From Chitinophagales bacterium (GTDB lineage: Bacteria; Bacteroidota; Bacteroidia; Chitinophagales; JADIYW01), in contig DATJBS010000024.1 in assembly GCA_035515235.1 (NCBI GenBank), positions 1,634-65,633 on the forward strand: a stretch of DNA of 64,000 nt. The letters run 5' to 3'. Every line of letters starts with the position of its first letter. The first letter of the stretch is position 1. Both the position numbers and the translations under genes were made by a program. A model generated the notes under the pieces. It was not told where the DNA came from. It did no database searches and was given only the letters and a program-made list of their open reading frames with translations. This document shows, in pieces, positions 1-9,407 of the stretch.

Positions 1-1
1 A

Positions 2-1465
2 ACTGAAATACGAAAATCAATCGAAAGTGCTTATCAAAATAATTTAGCAGAGTTTGGCAAGTTTGCAAATCTTGCAGGTTTGCCAAAGAAACAAACTACA
101 AAAGAAATCACAAATGATTCCACAGAAGACTATCTGAAAACAACGCCTACCATTCCAGTAGAAGCCATCATTTTGATGCCTAACTTATTTCAAGAAGGAG
201 CAAAAGCATTTGAAAACGACCCACGTAAAAGAGATGTTTTCTTAACCAGTGCCTTATGTATTATGAGTGGTTGTTTGCCTAGTGTTCAAGGCGTATATCA
301 TCAAGAAAGAGTCTATCCGCATTTGTTTTCTTTCATCATTGCTCCAGCCGCTAGTGGTAAAGGAGTTTTGAAAAATGCCAAAAGATTAGGGGATAAAATT
401 CACGAAAGAATGGTGGAAAATAGTAAGCAAGCTAGAGAACAATTCGAAAACGAAATGGTAGATTACAAAGCCCAATTAAGCAAGCGTAAGAAAGACGATT
501 CAATACCAGAAAAACCACAAGAGCCTGCCTTTAAATTGCTATTTATCCCTGCCGATTGCAGTCAGGCAATGATGATGCAAATACTACAAGACAATGACGG
601 TAGAGGCATTATTTGCGAAACGGAAGCGGATGCAATGAGTGGAGCAAACAAACAAGATTGGGGCAACTATTCTCACATTATGCGAGCAGCTTTTCATCAC
701 GAAAAAATATCAGCAGCAAGAAAAACCAATAGGGAACTTTTAGAAATAAAACACCCACAACTGGCTGTGGCCTTGTCAGGTACACCTTCCCAAGTGCCAA
801 AACTGATCGCTTCGGCAGAAGATGGTCTTTTTAGTCGTTTTATATTCTATGCCTTCAAAAATGAAATCGTTTGGCAAGACCCATCACCAAGACCAGGTGG
901 AATTGTTTACAACGACCACTTTGAAGCATTATCAAACGAAGTGCTAAAGATTGTAGATTTTCTAAACCAGTACCCAACTGAAGTATTTTTAACACAGAAT
1001 CAATGGGATAAACTCAATCAAGTTTTTTTCGACAAGCTCAAAAACGTAGTGATTTTTACAGGCGAAGATGCGGCAAGTGTAGTATTTCGTTTGGGCTTAA
1101 TCCTGTATCGCTTTTGTATGATTTTTACATCCTTACGGAAGTTTGAAAATGGTGATTGTTCAAAAGATGTAACCTGTACTGATGAGGACTTTCAAGCAGC
1201 CTTGATGCTTTCAGAGGTGTATTTACAGCATAGTCTTTTAATGTTCAACAATTTAGAAGAACAGAAAATAACCAAAGAATATACAATGCCTAATAATAAA
1301 AAACAGTTTTTAGAGCAATTGCCACAAGAGTTTCAACGCAAAGAAGCAGTTGCAATCGGTATAAAGTTAGGCTTATCTGAAAGGTCGGTTGATGATTTTC
1401 TTAACAATTCAGTTCCAATGCTTTTGGAAAAACCTAAGACAGGGCATTATCGAAAAGTAGCATAA
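2..1465 (+). CDS. DUF3987-like P-loop protein of an integrative/mobilizable element (C-terminal part of a primase-helicase type protein; 5' end outside window)
   Basis: The frame is open from base 2 with no stop before the TTG listed at 80, so the gene is cut by the window edge. Walker-A-like FIIAPAASGKGV. C-terminal HTH-like KEAVAIGIKLGLSERSVDDFL. Overall resemblance to Bacteroidota DUF3987 proteins, from memory. Confidence 0.55.
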   Translation, partial: TEIRKSIESAYQNNLAEFGKFANLAGLPKKQTTKEITNDSTEDYLKTTPTIPVEAIILMPNLFQEGAKAFENDPRKRDVFLTSALCIMSGCLPSVQGVYHQERVYPHLFSFIIAPAASGKGVLKNAKRLGDKIHERMVENSKQAREQFENEMVDYKAQLSKRKKDDSIPEKPQEPAFKLLFIPADCSQAMMMQILQDNDGRGIICETEADAMSGANKQDWGNYSHIMRAAFHHEKISAARKTNRELLEIKHPQLAVALSGTPSQVPKLIASAEDGLFSRFIFYAFKNEIVWQDPSPRPGGIVYNDHFEALSNEVLKIVDFLNQYPTEVFLTQNQWDKLNQVFFDKLKNVVIFTGEDAASVVFRLGLILYRFCMIFTSLRKFENGDCSKDVTCTDEDFQAALMLSEVYLQHSLLMFNNLEEQKITKEYTMPNNKKQFLEQLPQEFQRKEAVAIGIKLGLSERSVDDFLNNSVPMLLEKPKTGHYRKVA

Positions 1466-2106
1466 TGATGACGAAAATTAATATAAACTTAGTATGTTTG
1501 TCCTTATTCGGACAAGTCAATAAATGGTTCAATATGCAAAAGATATTTCCTCAAATCAAAGAGAATTACGCTTTCTATAACAATTTGTTATCAGAGAGGA
1601 AATCCATATTTACAGAAGTTATTGAAATAAACAATAGAGCTAATAATCATAGTTTCGTTGAATCTGTTGACAAGATTAATCACCCGGAGGTGAATGATGA
1701 TAATATGGTTTTGTGTGTTAAGGTGAAAATCAACAACCACGCCTACTTCCAATTCAAGTTAAGATACAAATCATTTTTACCAGCTCCATTCTTTCGTTTT
1801 GATAGTGATGGTGAAACGCATAGAAATAAGATTGATGGTATAAGTCTTGAAGAATCGCAAATCACTACACCTCATTTTCACAAGTTCAATGAAAACGGTA
1901 TTGAGACAGCCTACAAAACCGATAAGTTATTAGACCCAAAAGAATGTAAGGCATTAGAGGATATTAACTTTTGTATTGTTCATTTTTTCTATGAATCAAA
2001 TACAAGATTAAAGGATGATGATTTTCCCATAATTAAAATAGAGTCAAATACTTTAGGTTTTAAAATGAACAAGGATGACCCTAACCAAAATATTACCTTC
2101 CTATGA
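1465..2106 (+). CDS. hypothetical protein (His-rich motif RFDSDGETHRN...TPHFHKFNENG), no family recognised
   Basis: 213-codon ORF. Its start overlaps the upstream stop (TAATGATG) and its end overlaps the next start (ATGA), which suggests translational coupling. An alternative start is the ATG at 1534. Confidence 0.5.
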   Translation: MMTKININLVCLSLFGQVNKWFNMQKIFPQIKENYAFYNNLLSERKSIFTEVIEINNRANNHSFVESVDKINHPEVNDDNMVLCVKVKINNHAYFQFKLRYKSFLPAPFFRFDSDGETHRNKIDGISLEESQITTPHFHKFNENGIETAYKTDKLLDPKECKALEDINFCIVHFFYESNTRLKDDDFPIIKIESNTLGFKMNKDDPNQNITFL

Positions 2107-2921
2107 ATCTATTAGAAATTTTCACAGATATAAAAAATGCTTTTGGTGGCTTATGGCAAATCAAGCAGAGAGGTAATTCATTAGAAATCATTACCCCATA
2201 CGCAACTACCAACAATCGTTTTGTTTCAGTATTTCTATCCAAGCAAGGAAATGATTATGTTATTTCTGATGGTGGCTGGTTAAATAGTGGAGTGTATGAA
2301 GTTGCCATAGGTGAAGAAACTTGCTTTTTAAAAATACTCTACCATTTCCAAAACTCTTTTGAAATTAAGCAAATTGCAAATGCTGAAGGCACTACTTACT
2401 ACTATCTAAAAACCGCAAATGCAATCGACATACCTTCTAAACTGTTTGACCTTACTCTATTCATTCAAAATATTGTAAGTGTTTCAGAAATAGCCTTTGA
2501 GGATAAGGAAGAAAAGGAAACCAAAGAAAGATTTGTGTCAGTTGCAAACCAATACTTGAAATCATTTACTGATAAAGAAAAATTGAAACTGAATCAATAC
2601 CTAATACCGGAGAAAAAGGATATAAAATTCAATGCTATCTATTATAATACACCAAGCACATTGTCTTTGGTAAATTATGTTACAGGTAGTTCTAACTTCT
2701 ATTTTTCCAATAGTATTTCAAAAGCAAATATGCTTTTTCAAATGGCTGATGATTCAAATGTTAAATCATTTATAACATCAAAAGTTTCAATTATCGACAC
2801 TTCAGCGGATGGTTATGTGCCTGATAAGTTAGCAAGCTACTTATATCATTTAGAACATCACACAGGTTCAATTTTAGTGAACTGGAGAGAAAAAGAAAAA
2901 CTTCAATCAATACTCAATTAA
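2103..2921 (+). CDS. hypothetical protein, possibly DUF1828/DUF1829-like
   Basis: 272-codon ORF with a 4-bp overlap to the upstream gene. The N-terminal pattern LEIITPYATTNNRFVSVFLSKQGNDYVISDGGWL resembles my memory of the DUF1828 signature. The size fits DUF1828+DUF1829 proteins. Unverified. Confidence 0.4.
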   Translation: MNLLEIFTDIKNAFGGLWQIKQRGNSLEIITPYATTNNRFVSVFLSKQGNDYVISDGGWLNSGVYEVAIGEETCFLKILYHFQNSFEIKQIANAEGTTYYYLKTANAIDIPSKLFDLTLFIQNIVSVSEIAFEDKEEKETKERFVSVANQYLKSFTDKEKLKLNQYLIPEKKDIKFNAIYYNTPSTLSLVNYVTGSSNFYFSNSISKANMLFQMADDSNVKSFITSKVSIIDTSADGYVPDKLASYLYHLEHHTGSILVNWREKEKLQSILN

Positions 2922-2922
2922 G

Positions 2923-3240
2923 ATGACAAAGCAAGAACTTAAGACTCACACATTAGGCGACAAACTTCGTCAGTTAAGAGATGAAAGAAACTTAATGCAA
3001 AGAGAAGTTGGTGCAGTAATAGAAGTTGACGGAGCATTTATAAGTAAAGTCGAAAACAACGAAAAACCAATTAATCGGAAACATCTTACTACACTAAGCA
3101 AGTTTTTCAAAGTGCAAGAAGAAGAATTACAAACGCTTTGGTTAGCTGATAAAATTAGACTAATGATAAAGGATGAACCTAATGCATTAGTAGCATTGAA
3201 AAATATTATTGAAGGAATTGAAGCAAATGGATCTAACTAA
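2923..3240 (+). CDS. XRE/Cro-C1 family helix-turn-helix transcriptional regulator (possible controller protein)
   Basis: LGDKLRQLRDERNLMQREVGAVIEVDGAFISKVENNEKPIN matches the HTH_3 pattern. It starts 2 nt after the upstream stop, and its 3' end overlaps the SNF2 start. Confidence 0.8.
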   Translation: MTKQELKTHTLGDKLRQLRDERNLMQREVGAVIEVDGAFISKVENNEKPINRKHLTTLSKFFKVQEEELQTLWLADKIRLMIKDEPNALVALKNIIEGIEANGSN

Positions 3241-6145
3241 ATACCACGCTAAATATTTTGCCTATGATTTGACTAGGCAATTACCTGCTAACGATATTGG
3301 TAAACTAACCGCCTCTTTGCAGGATGCTCAAGTTGACTTAAATCCTCATCAAGTAGAAGCAGCTCTCTTTGCATTTAAATCACCATTATCTAAAGGTGCT
3401 GTTCTAGCTGATGAAGTAGGATTGGGAAAAACTATTGAAGCCGGTATCATACTATCGCAACAATGGGCAGAAAGAAAAAGGAAATTATTAATTATAGGTC
3501 CTTCAAACTTGCGTAAGCAATGGAATAGAGAGTTGGTGGATAAATTTTATTTGCCTTCGGTAATTTTAGAAGCTAAATCATTTAACAACTTAATTAAAGA
3601 AGGAAATCTAAACCCTTTCAATCAAGAAGATACGATTATAATTTGTTCGTTCCATTTTGCTAAAAACAAAGCACCTTACCTTAAACACATCAATTGGGAT
3701 TTAGTAATTATTGATGAGGCACATCGTTTACGTAATGTTTATAAACCCTCAAATAAAATTGGCAACGGCATCAAAGATGCATTAACTCATTGCAAAAAAG
3801 TTTTGCTAACTGCAACACCTTTGCAAAACTCTATTTTGGAGTTATACGGATTAGTCAGTCTAATTGATCCATACATTTTTGGCGATTTAAAAAGTTTTAA
3901 AAGTCAGTTTAGCAGAAATATTGATGACGAAAATTATGAGGATTTAAGAAATCGTTTACAGCCAATTTGTAAGCGAACTCTGAGAAGACAAGTTTTAGAA
4001 TACATCAAATACACAGAGCGTAAACCATTAGTTCAGGAATACTTTCCCAATGAAGATGAAACAACACTTTATAATTGGGTAACTGATTATTTACAAAGAC
4101 CAAAATTATATGCTTTGCCTTTCAGTCAAAGGCAATTAATGACTTTAATTCTTCGTAAACTCTTAGCATCTTCAACTTATGCTATTTATGGAACTTTAGA
4201 TGCATTGGTAAAACGTTTGGAAAACATTTTAGCTAATCACAATACCATTGAAGAAGAATCCGAAATGGCTATTGATTTTGAAACTTATGATGAAATTCAA
4301 GACGAATGGGAAAGCGAAGAAGAAGATGAAAGTGAAGCCGAAGATAATTTTGAAGAAAAAATCTTTACAGAAGATGAAATAGCAGAGGTAAAAACGGAGT
4401 TAGCTGATTTAGAAAAGTTTAGAGCCTTAGCTAAAAGTATCAGAAAGAACTCAAAAGCAGAACAACTTTTTACAGCTTTAGAAAGAGGCTTTAAAGCATT
4501 AGAGTCCTTAGGAGCTAATCAAAAAGCATTGATTTTTACAGAATCTAGAAGGACACAAGATTTTATTTGTAACCTACTGGAGGCAAGAGGATATGCCGAT
4601 AAAGTAATAAAATTTAACGGAAGTAATACAGATGCAAAATCAAAAGAGATTTATGCAGCATATCTAAAAAAGCATAAAGGCACTGATATTTTAACAGGAT
4701 CTTTAACTGCTGATAAAAGAGCTGCTATTGTAGATTATTTTAAAGATGAAGCTACTATTATGGTAGCAACCGAAGCAGCTGCCGAAGGAATCAACTTACA
4801 GTTTTGTTCTTTGGTTATCAATTTCGATTTACCTTGGAATCCTCAACGTATTGAACAACGTATTGGAAGATGCCACCGTTACGGTCAAAGATATGATGTT
4901 GTAGTGATTAATTTTCTAAATAAATCCAATGCAGCAGACCAACGTGTTTATGAACTCTTAGATCAAAAATTTCGTCTTTTTGATGGTGTTTTCGGGGCTT
5001 CTGATGAAGTTTTAGGAAGCATTGGTAATGGTGTAGATTTTGAAAAAAGAATTGCTACAATATACCAACAATGCCGAACCACAGAAGAAATTCAAACTGC
5101 TTTTGATGATTTACAACAAGAATTGAAGCCAGACATTTCTGAAAAAGTACGAAAAACAAGAAAAGTACTCATTGAAAATTTTGATGAAGAAGTAAGAGAA
5201 AAGCTCAGAAGTAATCTTTTTGAAAGCACTGAAAACCTCAATCGTTTTGAGGAAAGACTTTGGTTTACAACAAAATACTATTTAAACAGCTCTGCACAAT
5301 TTGATGATGAAAATTACACGTTTACATTAAATAAAAATCCTTTTCCTAATGTTCCTATTCATCAAGGACCATATATGATTTTAAAGCCTAAACAAGGGCA
5401 GCGCAAATCAGATATAGATGTGCCTAGCGATACTAACATTTATCGTGTAGGACATAAGTTGGCTAAAGAAATTTTAGGAGCTTGTAAGCAACTTAATACA
5501 GCGCCAAAAGAATTGACCTTTGATTATTCTAATACGCCTACCAAAGTTACTGCACTTGAGAGCTATATTGGGCAATCAGGTTGGCTTCAAGTAAGTTATT
5601 TAGCAATCAATTCTTTTGAATTTGAAGATTATCTTGTCACTGCTTGCATTACTGATAAGGGCGAAGTTATACATAATGAAATAGCAGAAAGATTCTTTTC
5701 AATTCAAGCAACAGAAGAAGAACCCATATACCTTAAAAATGAAATAAAATCAAACTTAATTGATGTTTTAAATAGTGAAACTCAAAATGTTATTTCAGGA
5801 AATACCATTCGTAACAAAGACTTTTTTGATACAGAAATGGATAAGCTTGACCAATGGGCAGACGATATGAAGTTAAGTCTGGAAAAAGAAATCAAAGACT
5901 TAGATGCTGAAATCAAACTTCGTAAATCCGAAGCTAAAAAAATGCTCAATCTGGAAGCCAAAGTAAAAGCACAAAGAGCAATCAAGGATTTAGAGAAGAA
6001 ACGAAGCGAAAAACGCCAACATCTTTTTGAAGCCCAAGACACCATTGACGACCGCAAGGAAAACCTATTAGACGAGATTGAAAGACGTTTAAAGCAAGAA
6101 GTAAATACCACAGAATTATTCACTATTAAATGGAAGATGATTTAA
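3227..6145 (+). CDS. SNF2/Rad54-family helicase with a long C-terminal domain and coiled coil
   Basis: Motifs DEVGLGKTIEAG (I), IIDEAHRLRN (II), LLTATPLQNS (III), ATEAAAEGINLQ and NPQRIEQRIGRCHRYGQ (V/VI). Lys/Glu-rich coiled coil near nt 5830-6100. The track start at 3209 is TTG. The ATG at 3227 (MDLTKYH) is the more likely start. Confidence 0.9.
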   Translation: MDLTKYHAKYFAYDLTRQLPANDIGKLTASLQDAQVDLNPHQVEAALFAFKSPLSKGAVLADEVGLGKTIEAGIILSQQWAERKRKLLIIGPSNLRKQWNRELVDKFYLPSVILEAKSFNNLIKEGNLNPFNQEDTIIICSFHFAKNKAPYLKHINWDLVIIDEAHRLRNVYKPSNKIGNGIKDALTHCKKVLLTATPLQNSILELYGLVSLIDPYIFGDLKSFKSQFSRNIDDENYEDLRNRLQPICKRTLRRQVLEYIKYTERKPLVQEYFPNEDETTLYNWVTDYLQRPKLYALPFSQRQLMTLILRKLLASSTYAIYGTLDALVKRLENILANHNTIEEESEMAIDFETYDEIQDEWESEEEDESEAEDNFEEKIFTEDEIAEVKTELADLEKFRALAKSIRKNSKAEQLFTALERGFKALESLGANQKALIFTESRRTQDFICNLLEARGYADKVIKFNGSNTDAKSKEIYAAYLKKHKGTDILTGSLTADKRAAIVDYFKDEATIMVATEAAAEGINLQFCSLVINFDLPWNPQRIEQRIGRCHRYGQRYDVVVINFLNKSNAADQRVYELLDQKFRLFDGVFGASDEVLGSIGNGVDFEKRIATIYQQCRTTEEIQTAFDDLQQELKPDISEKVRKTRKVLIENFDEEVREKLRSNLFESTENLNRFEERLWFTTKYYLNSSAQFDDENYTFTLNKNPFPNVPIHQGPYMILKPKQGQRKSDIDVPSDTNIYRVGHKLAKEILGACKQLNTAPKELTFDYSNTPTKVTALESYIGQSGWLQVSYLAINSFEFEDYLVTACITDKGEVIHNEIAERFFSIQATEEEPIYLKNEIKSNLIDVLNSETQNVISGNTIRNKDFFDTEMDKLDQWADDMKLSLEKEIKDLDAEIKLRKSEAKKMLNLEAKVKAQRAIKDLEKKRSEKRQHLFEAQDTIDDRKENLLDEIERRLKQEVNTTELFTIKWKMI

Positions 6146-6146
6146 T

Positions 6147-6896
6147 ATGAGAGAACACATAAACATATATTGTGATGAAAGCTGCCATCTCCAAAACGAT
6201 AAGCAATCCGTTATGGTTTTGGGTGCTATTCATTGTCCAGCTTCAAAAAAGGATGAGATTTTTCTTCGATTAGATGAATTGAAAAGAAAATACAATCTTA
6301 TTCCAAAACATAATAAGCATCCAAAAGAAAACAGAACCTACTATGAGATAAAATGGAATAAGGTTTCTAAAAGCCAAATTGATTTTTATAGAGATGTTAT
6401 TGACTACTTTTTTGATGATGATGATTTATCATTTCGTGTTTTGGTAGTCCCCGACAAATCTCTACTTGATTATGAAAAGTATGGTCATACTCACGATACC
6501 TTTTATTACAAAATGTATTTCAGTATGTTAAAAGCTATTTTACAGCCTGAATTTGCTCATAATATTTTCATAGATATTAAAGATACTCGAAGCAGGGAGA
6601 AAGTGCATAAGTTAGAAAAGGTATTGAGGAATGATAAATACGACTACAATAAAGAAATCATAAAAAAAGTACAGCAGGTTCGTTCTCACGAAGTAGAATT
6701 GGTCCAATTGGCAGACTTACTTATTGGAGCAGTTTCTTATGTAAATAGAGGACTAAAGACCAGTGAAGCAAAAAATGAATTAATAGAACGAATTAGGCAA
6801 AGGTCAAGATATTCATTGTTGAAATCCACTTTAATCAAAGAAAGGAAATTTAATATTTTTATTTGGGAATCTTCTAAATACATCAGTACAATATGA
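6147..6896 (+). CDS. DUF3800 domain protein
   Basis: N-terminal INIYCDESCH and C-terminal HEVELVQLADLLIGAV fit the remembered DUF3800 signature. It starts 1 nt after the SNF2 stop. Confidence 0.65.
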   Translation: MREHINIYCDESCHLQNDKQSVMVLGAIHCPASKKDEIFLRLDELKRKYNLIPKHNKHPKENRTYYEIKWNKVSKSQIDFYRDVIDYFFDDDDLSFRVLVVPDKSLLDYEKYGHTHDTFYYKMYFSMLKAILQPEFAHNIFIDIKDTRSREKVHKLEKVLRNDKYDYNKEIIKKVQQVRSHEVELVQLADLLIGAVSYVNRGLKTSEAKNELIERIRQRSRYSLLKSTLIKERKFNIFIWESSKYISTI

Positions 6897-7393
6897 GCGA
6901 AGTAGAAGAATTAATATTCCCAGACTTAGAATATTTTGAAGATTACAACGGTAATTTTCAAAATTACTTTCAAGCAGTATATCACATTTTTGAAAGCCAT
7001 TTTATTAAAAGACAACCAACATATGATGGACTAACTGTTTCCGCACCACGTCAACCACTTGTGGATGATAAACATCACAGAACATTTTATCACATCACTC
7101 ACGAAGGGGAAATTGAAAATGACCGTGAACCTGATTTCAGAAGAATGGAGCGTATACGGTTCCCAAAATATGTTATTGATTGTTGCCCTCATTCAAAATT
7201 ACTTGTTTGGGAAAAAACTATTGGAAGAGACCAACGCATACACATCTTGAATGAAGAAGAACAATATTTAGTAGTCCTTACAAGGCGTAAAACTTACCTA
7301 ATGCTATGTACGGCATTTTACATAGAGCATAGACACACGGTAAACAAAAAATTGAAAGAATATGAAGGGTATAAAAAAACCAAAACCGCTTAG
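6893..7393 (+). CDS. hypothetical protein (166 aa), no family recognised
   Basis: ORF with a 4-bp ATGA overlap to the DUF3800 gene. Last gene of the SNF2 cassette. Followed by a 230-bp spacer. Confidence 0.5.
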   Translation: MSEVEELIFPDLEYFEDYNGNFQNYFQAVYHIFESHFIKRQPTYDGLTVSAPRQPLVDDKHHRTFYHITHEGEIENDREPDFRRMERIRFPKYVIDCCPHSKLLVWEKTIGRDQRIHILNEEEQYLVVLTRRKTYLMLCTAFYIEHRHTVNKKLKEYEGYKKTKTA

Positions 7394-7623
7394 GGTTGCT
7401 AAACGGCTTCTAAACTCCTTTAACACTTACAGTCCTAAGACTTGGTTACTGAGCTGTCGCAAAGGTACAATTATTTTTGATATGTAGGGAATATTGGCTG
7501 GCTAAAAAAAACAAAAACATAATAGAAAACGAAATAGAAAATCATAAACCCTTGCAAAACAGACTGAAAACCTGTTTTGTGTAGCGTTTAGAAATTTTAA
7601 GACATAAATAGAAATTGATACAA

Positions 7624-9405
7624 ATGAGCAATAAAAAACAACTCCAAAAACTCGAACTCACTTGGATTGGCAAAGGCGAAGAACCCAAGCTCGAACCTCG
7701 TATTCTTATAGAAAACCCAGAGTACAGCTATGGCGACCCCAATAGCCCCAATATGCTTATACACGGAGACAACCTCCTTGCCCTTAAAGCCCTCGAACAA
7801 GACTATGCTGGCAAAGTAAAGTGCATTTACATTGACCCACCTTATAATACGGGTGCTGCGTTTGAGCATTATGATGATAACATTGAACATTCTATTTGGC
7901 TTGATTTAATGAAACGTAGATTAATGCTATTGAAGTCTTTACTTTCAAATGACGGCTTTATTTGTGTTCATATTGATGATAGTGAGGGTCACTATTTAAA
8001 GGTTTTAATGGATGAAGTTTTTGGCAGAAGCAATTACCTGGCAACTTTTTATGTTCGGGTAAGATATGCTGATAAAACGCTTAAACAAGATATGGCATTT
8101 CATAAAGAAATTGAGCAAGTTCATATATATCGAAAAGCATATGGTGCAAAGCCAAATTTGAATGAATCAGAATCTAACTTTGATAAATTCATTTATTATT
8201 TTGAAGAAAAATCTGAAGGTAGAGAAATTGAATTAGGCGGTAAAAAAGTAGTAATATTTGAGAAAGGTCAATATAAAATCAAAAAAGGTGAAGGTTCAGA
8301 AAATGGAAGAAAGGAGATTTGGGCTACAGGAACTATTTTAGACGGCAATTCATCTGGTAGATTTTTTCGTGATTATTTAACAGGTAGATATGAAACTGAT
8401 GGTCTTGGAGTAGTTTATAAAGTTTACGGTATTGGTGATGATAAATTTGATTTTAGATACTTTACAGGACCACAAAGAGAAGGTGCAACAAAGGGTAAAT
8501 ACTTTCAAGGGGTTCCTAATTCCCAATTAGAAAATCAAGACGAAACTAAAAAAAGCCCCATTAGTAATTTTTATGATTTAGCGGGTAGTTTCGGTAATTG
8601 TCGTCACGAAGGAGGTGTTGATTTCAGAAGTGGTAAAAAACCTGAAAAACTACTTCAAATTATTTTAAATCATTTTAGTAACGAAGGTGATTTAGTACTT
8701 GACAGTTTCTTAGGGAGTGGTTCGACAGCAGCTACTGCTTTTAAAATGAGAAGAAGATGGATAGGTATCGAATTAGGTGAGCAAGCTTATTCTCATTGTT
8801 TACCACGACTAAAATCTATTCAAAAAGGCACTGATTTGACTGGAGTTACAACAGAAACCGATTGGAAAGGTGGTGGCGGTTTTAAGTTTTACACTTTAGC
8901 TCCAAGCCTATTAAAGAAAGACAAGTTTGGTAACGAAATCATCAACCCAAGCTACAATGCCGATATGCTGGCAGCAGCAATGGCAAAGCAAGAGGGTTTT
9001 AAATACCAACCTCACGAAAGCAGCTATTGGAAACAAGGGCAAAGTGCAGAGCAAGATTTTATTTTTACCACTACACAGTTTCTTACTGTAGAAGCCTTAG
9101 ACAGCATCAAAGACGAAATGCAACCGGGCGAAACATTGCTCATTTGTTGTAAGTCTTTCCAAAAAGAATGCAAAGGCAAGTTTAGCAACATCACCATCAA
9201 AAAAATTCCTTTGATGCTATTGGGCAGATGCGAATATGGTAAGGAAGATTATAGCTTGAATATTATTAATATGCCAGTGTCAGAACAGGATTCAGAGGAT
9301 TTTCAAGATGGACAAGATTTTGAAGGCGACAAAGTAAGTGTTCAAGAATTAGCAGATAAGAATGTAATGAGCAAAAAAACTAATAACCCTTCATTATTCG
9401 ATTAA
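7624..9405 (+). CDS. mod: type III restriction-modification methyltransferase (Mod; beta-class N6-adenine/N4-cytosine MTase)
   Basis: Motif IV CIYIDPPYNTG precedes motif I LVLDSFLGSGSTAATA, with a long variable region between them. This is the beta-class order typical of type III Mod. The track start at 7615 is TTG. The ATG at 7624 (MSNKKQL) is more likely. Confidence 0.85.
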   Translation: MSNKKQLQKLELTWIGKGEEPKLEPRILIENPEYSYGDPNSPNMLIHGDNLLALKALEQDYAGKVKCIYIDPPYNTGAAFEHYDDNIEHSIWLDLMKRRLMLLKSLLSNDGFICVHIDDSEGHYLKVLMDEVFGRSNYLATFYVRVRYADKTLKQDMAFHKEIEQVHIYRKAYGAKPNLNESESNFDKFIYYFEEKSEGREIELGGKKVVIFEKGQYKIKKGEGSENGRKEIWATGTILDGNSSGRFFRDYLTGRYETDGLGVVYKVYGIGDDKFDFRYFTGPQREGATKGKYFQGVPNSQLENQDETKKSPISNFYDLAGSFGNCRHEGGVDFRSGKKPEKLLQIILNHFSNEGDLVLDSFLGSGSTAATAFKMRRRWIGIELGEQAYSHCLPRLKSIQKGTDLTGVTTETDWKGGGGFKFYTLAPSLLKKDKFGNEIINPSYNADMLAAAMAKQEGFKYQPHESSYWKQGQSAEQDFIFTTTQFLTVEALDSIKDEMQPGETLLICCKSFQKECKGKFSNITIKKIPLMLLGRCEYGKEDYSLNIINMPVSEQDSEDFQDGQDFEGDKVSVQELADKNVMSKKTNNPSLFD

Positions 9406-9407
9406 TT

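Noticed and set aside
50-80. AAGTTTGCAAATCTTGCA inside the DUF3987 gene resembles the AAGTTTGCAAAGTTTGCATTCTTGCA iteron-like stretch at 22242-22268.
   Set aside because: The shared core is only 11 nt plus 6 nt in an AT-rich genome and was noticed post hoc. One copy is inside coding sequence. The evidence is too weak to claim a shared binding site, so it is mentioned only as a lead for the non-coding region finding.
5782-6123. 113-aa antisense ORF inside the SNF2 gene. Similar antisense ORFs lie inside res (10242-10631, 10845-11063), the GHKL gene (14073-14294, 14415-14786, 14832-15146, 16100-16345, 16719-16949), the helicase (18059-18322, 19094-19279, 19436-19648) and many core genes.
   Set aside because: These are shadow ORFs opposite long, motif-rich genes. 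They have low-complexity Ser/Leu/Phe-rich translations, no motifs and no independent start or terminator signals.
7597-7890. 97-aa minus-strand ORF overlapping the mod start.
   Set aside because: It lies antisense to the well-supported Mod N-terminus, and its composition is typical of an antisense artefact.
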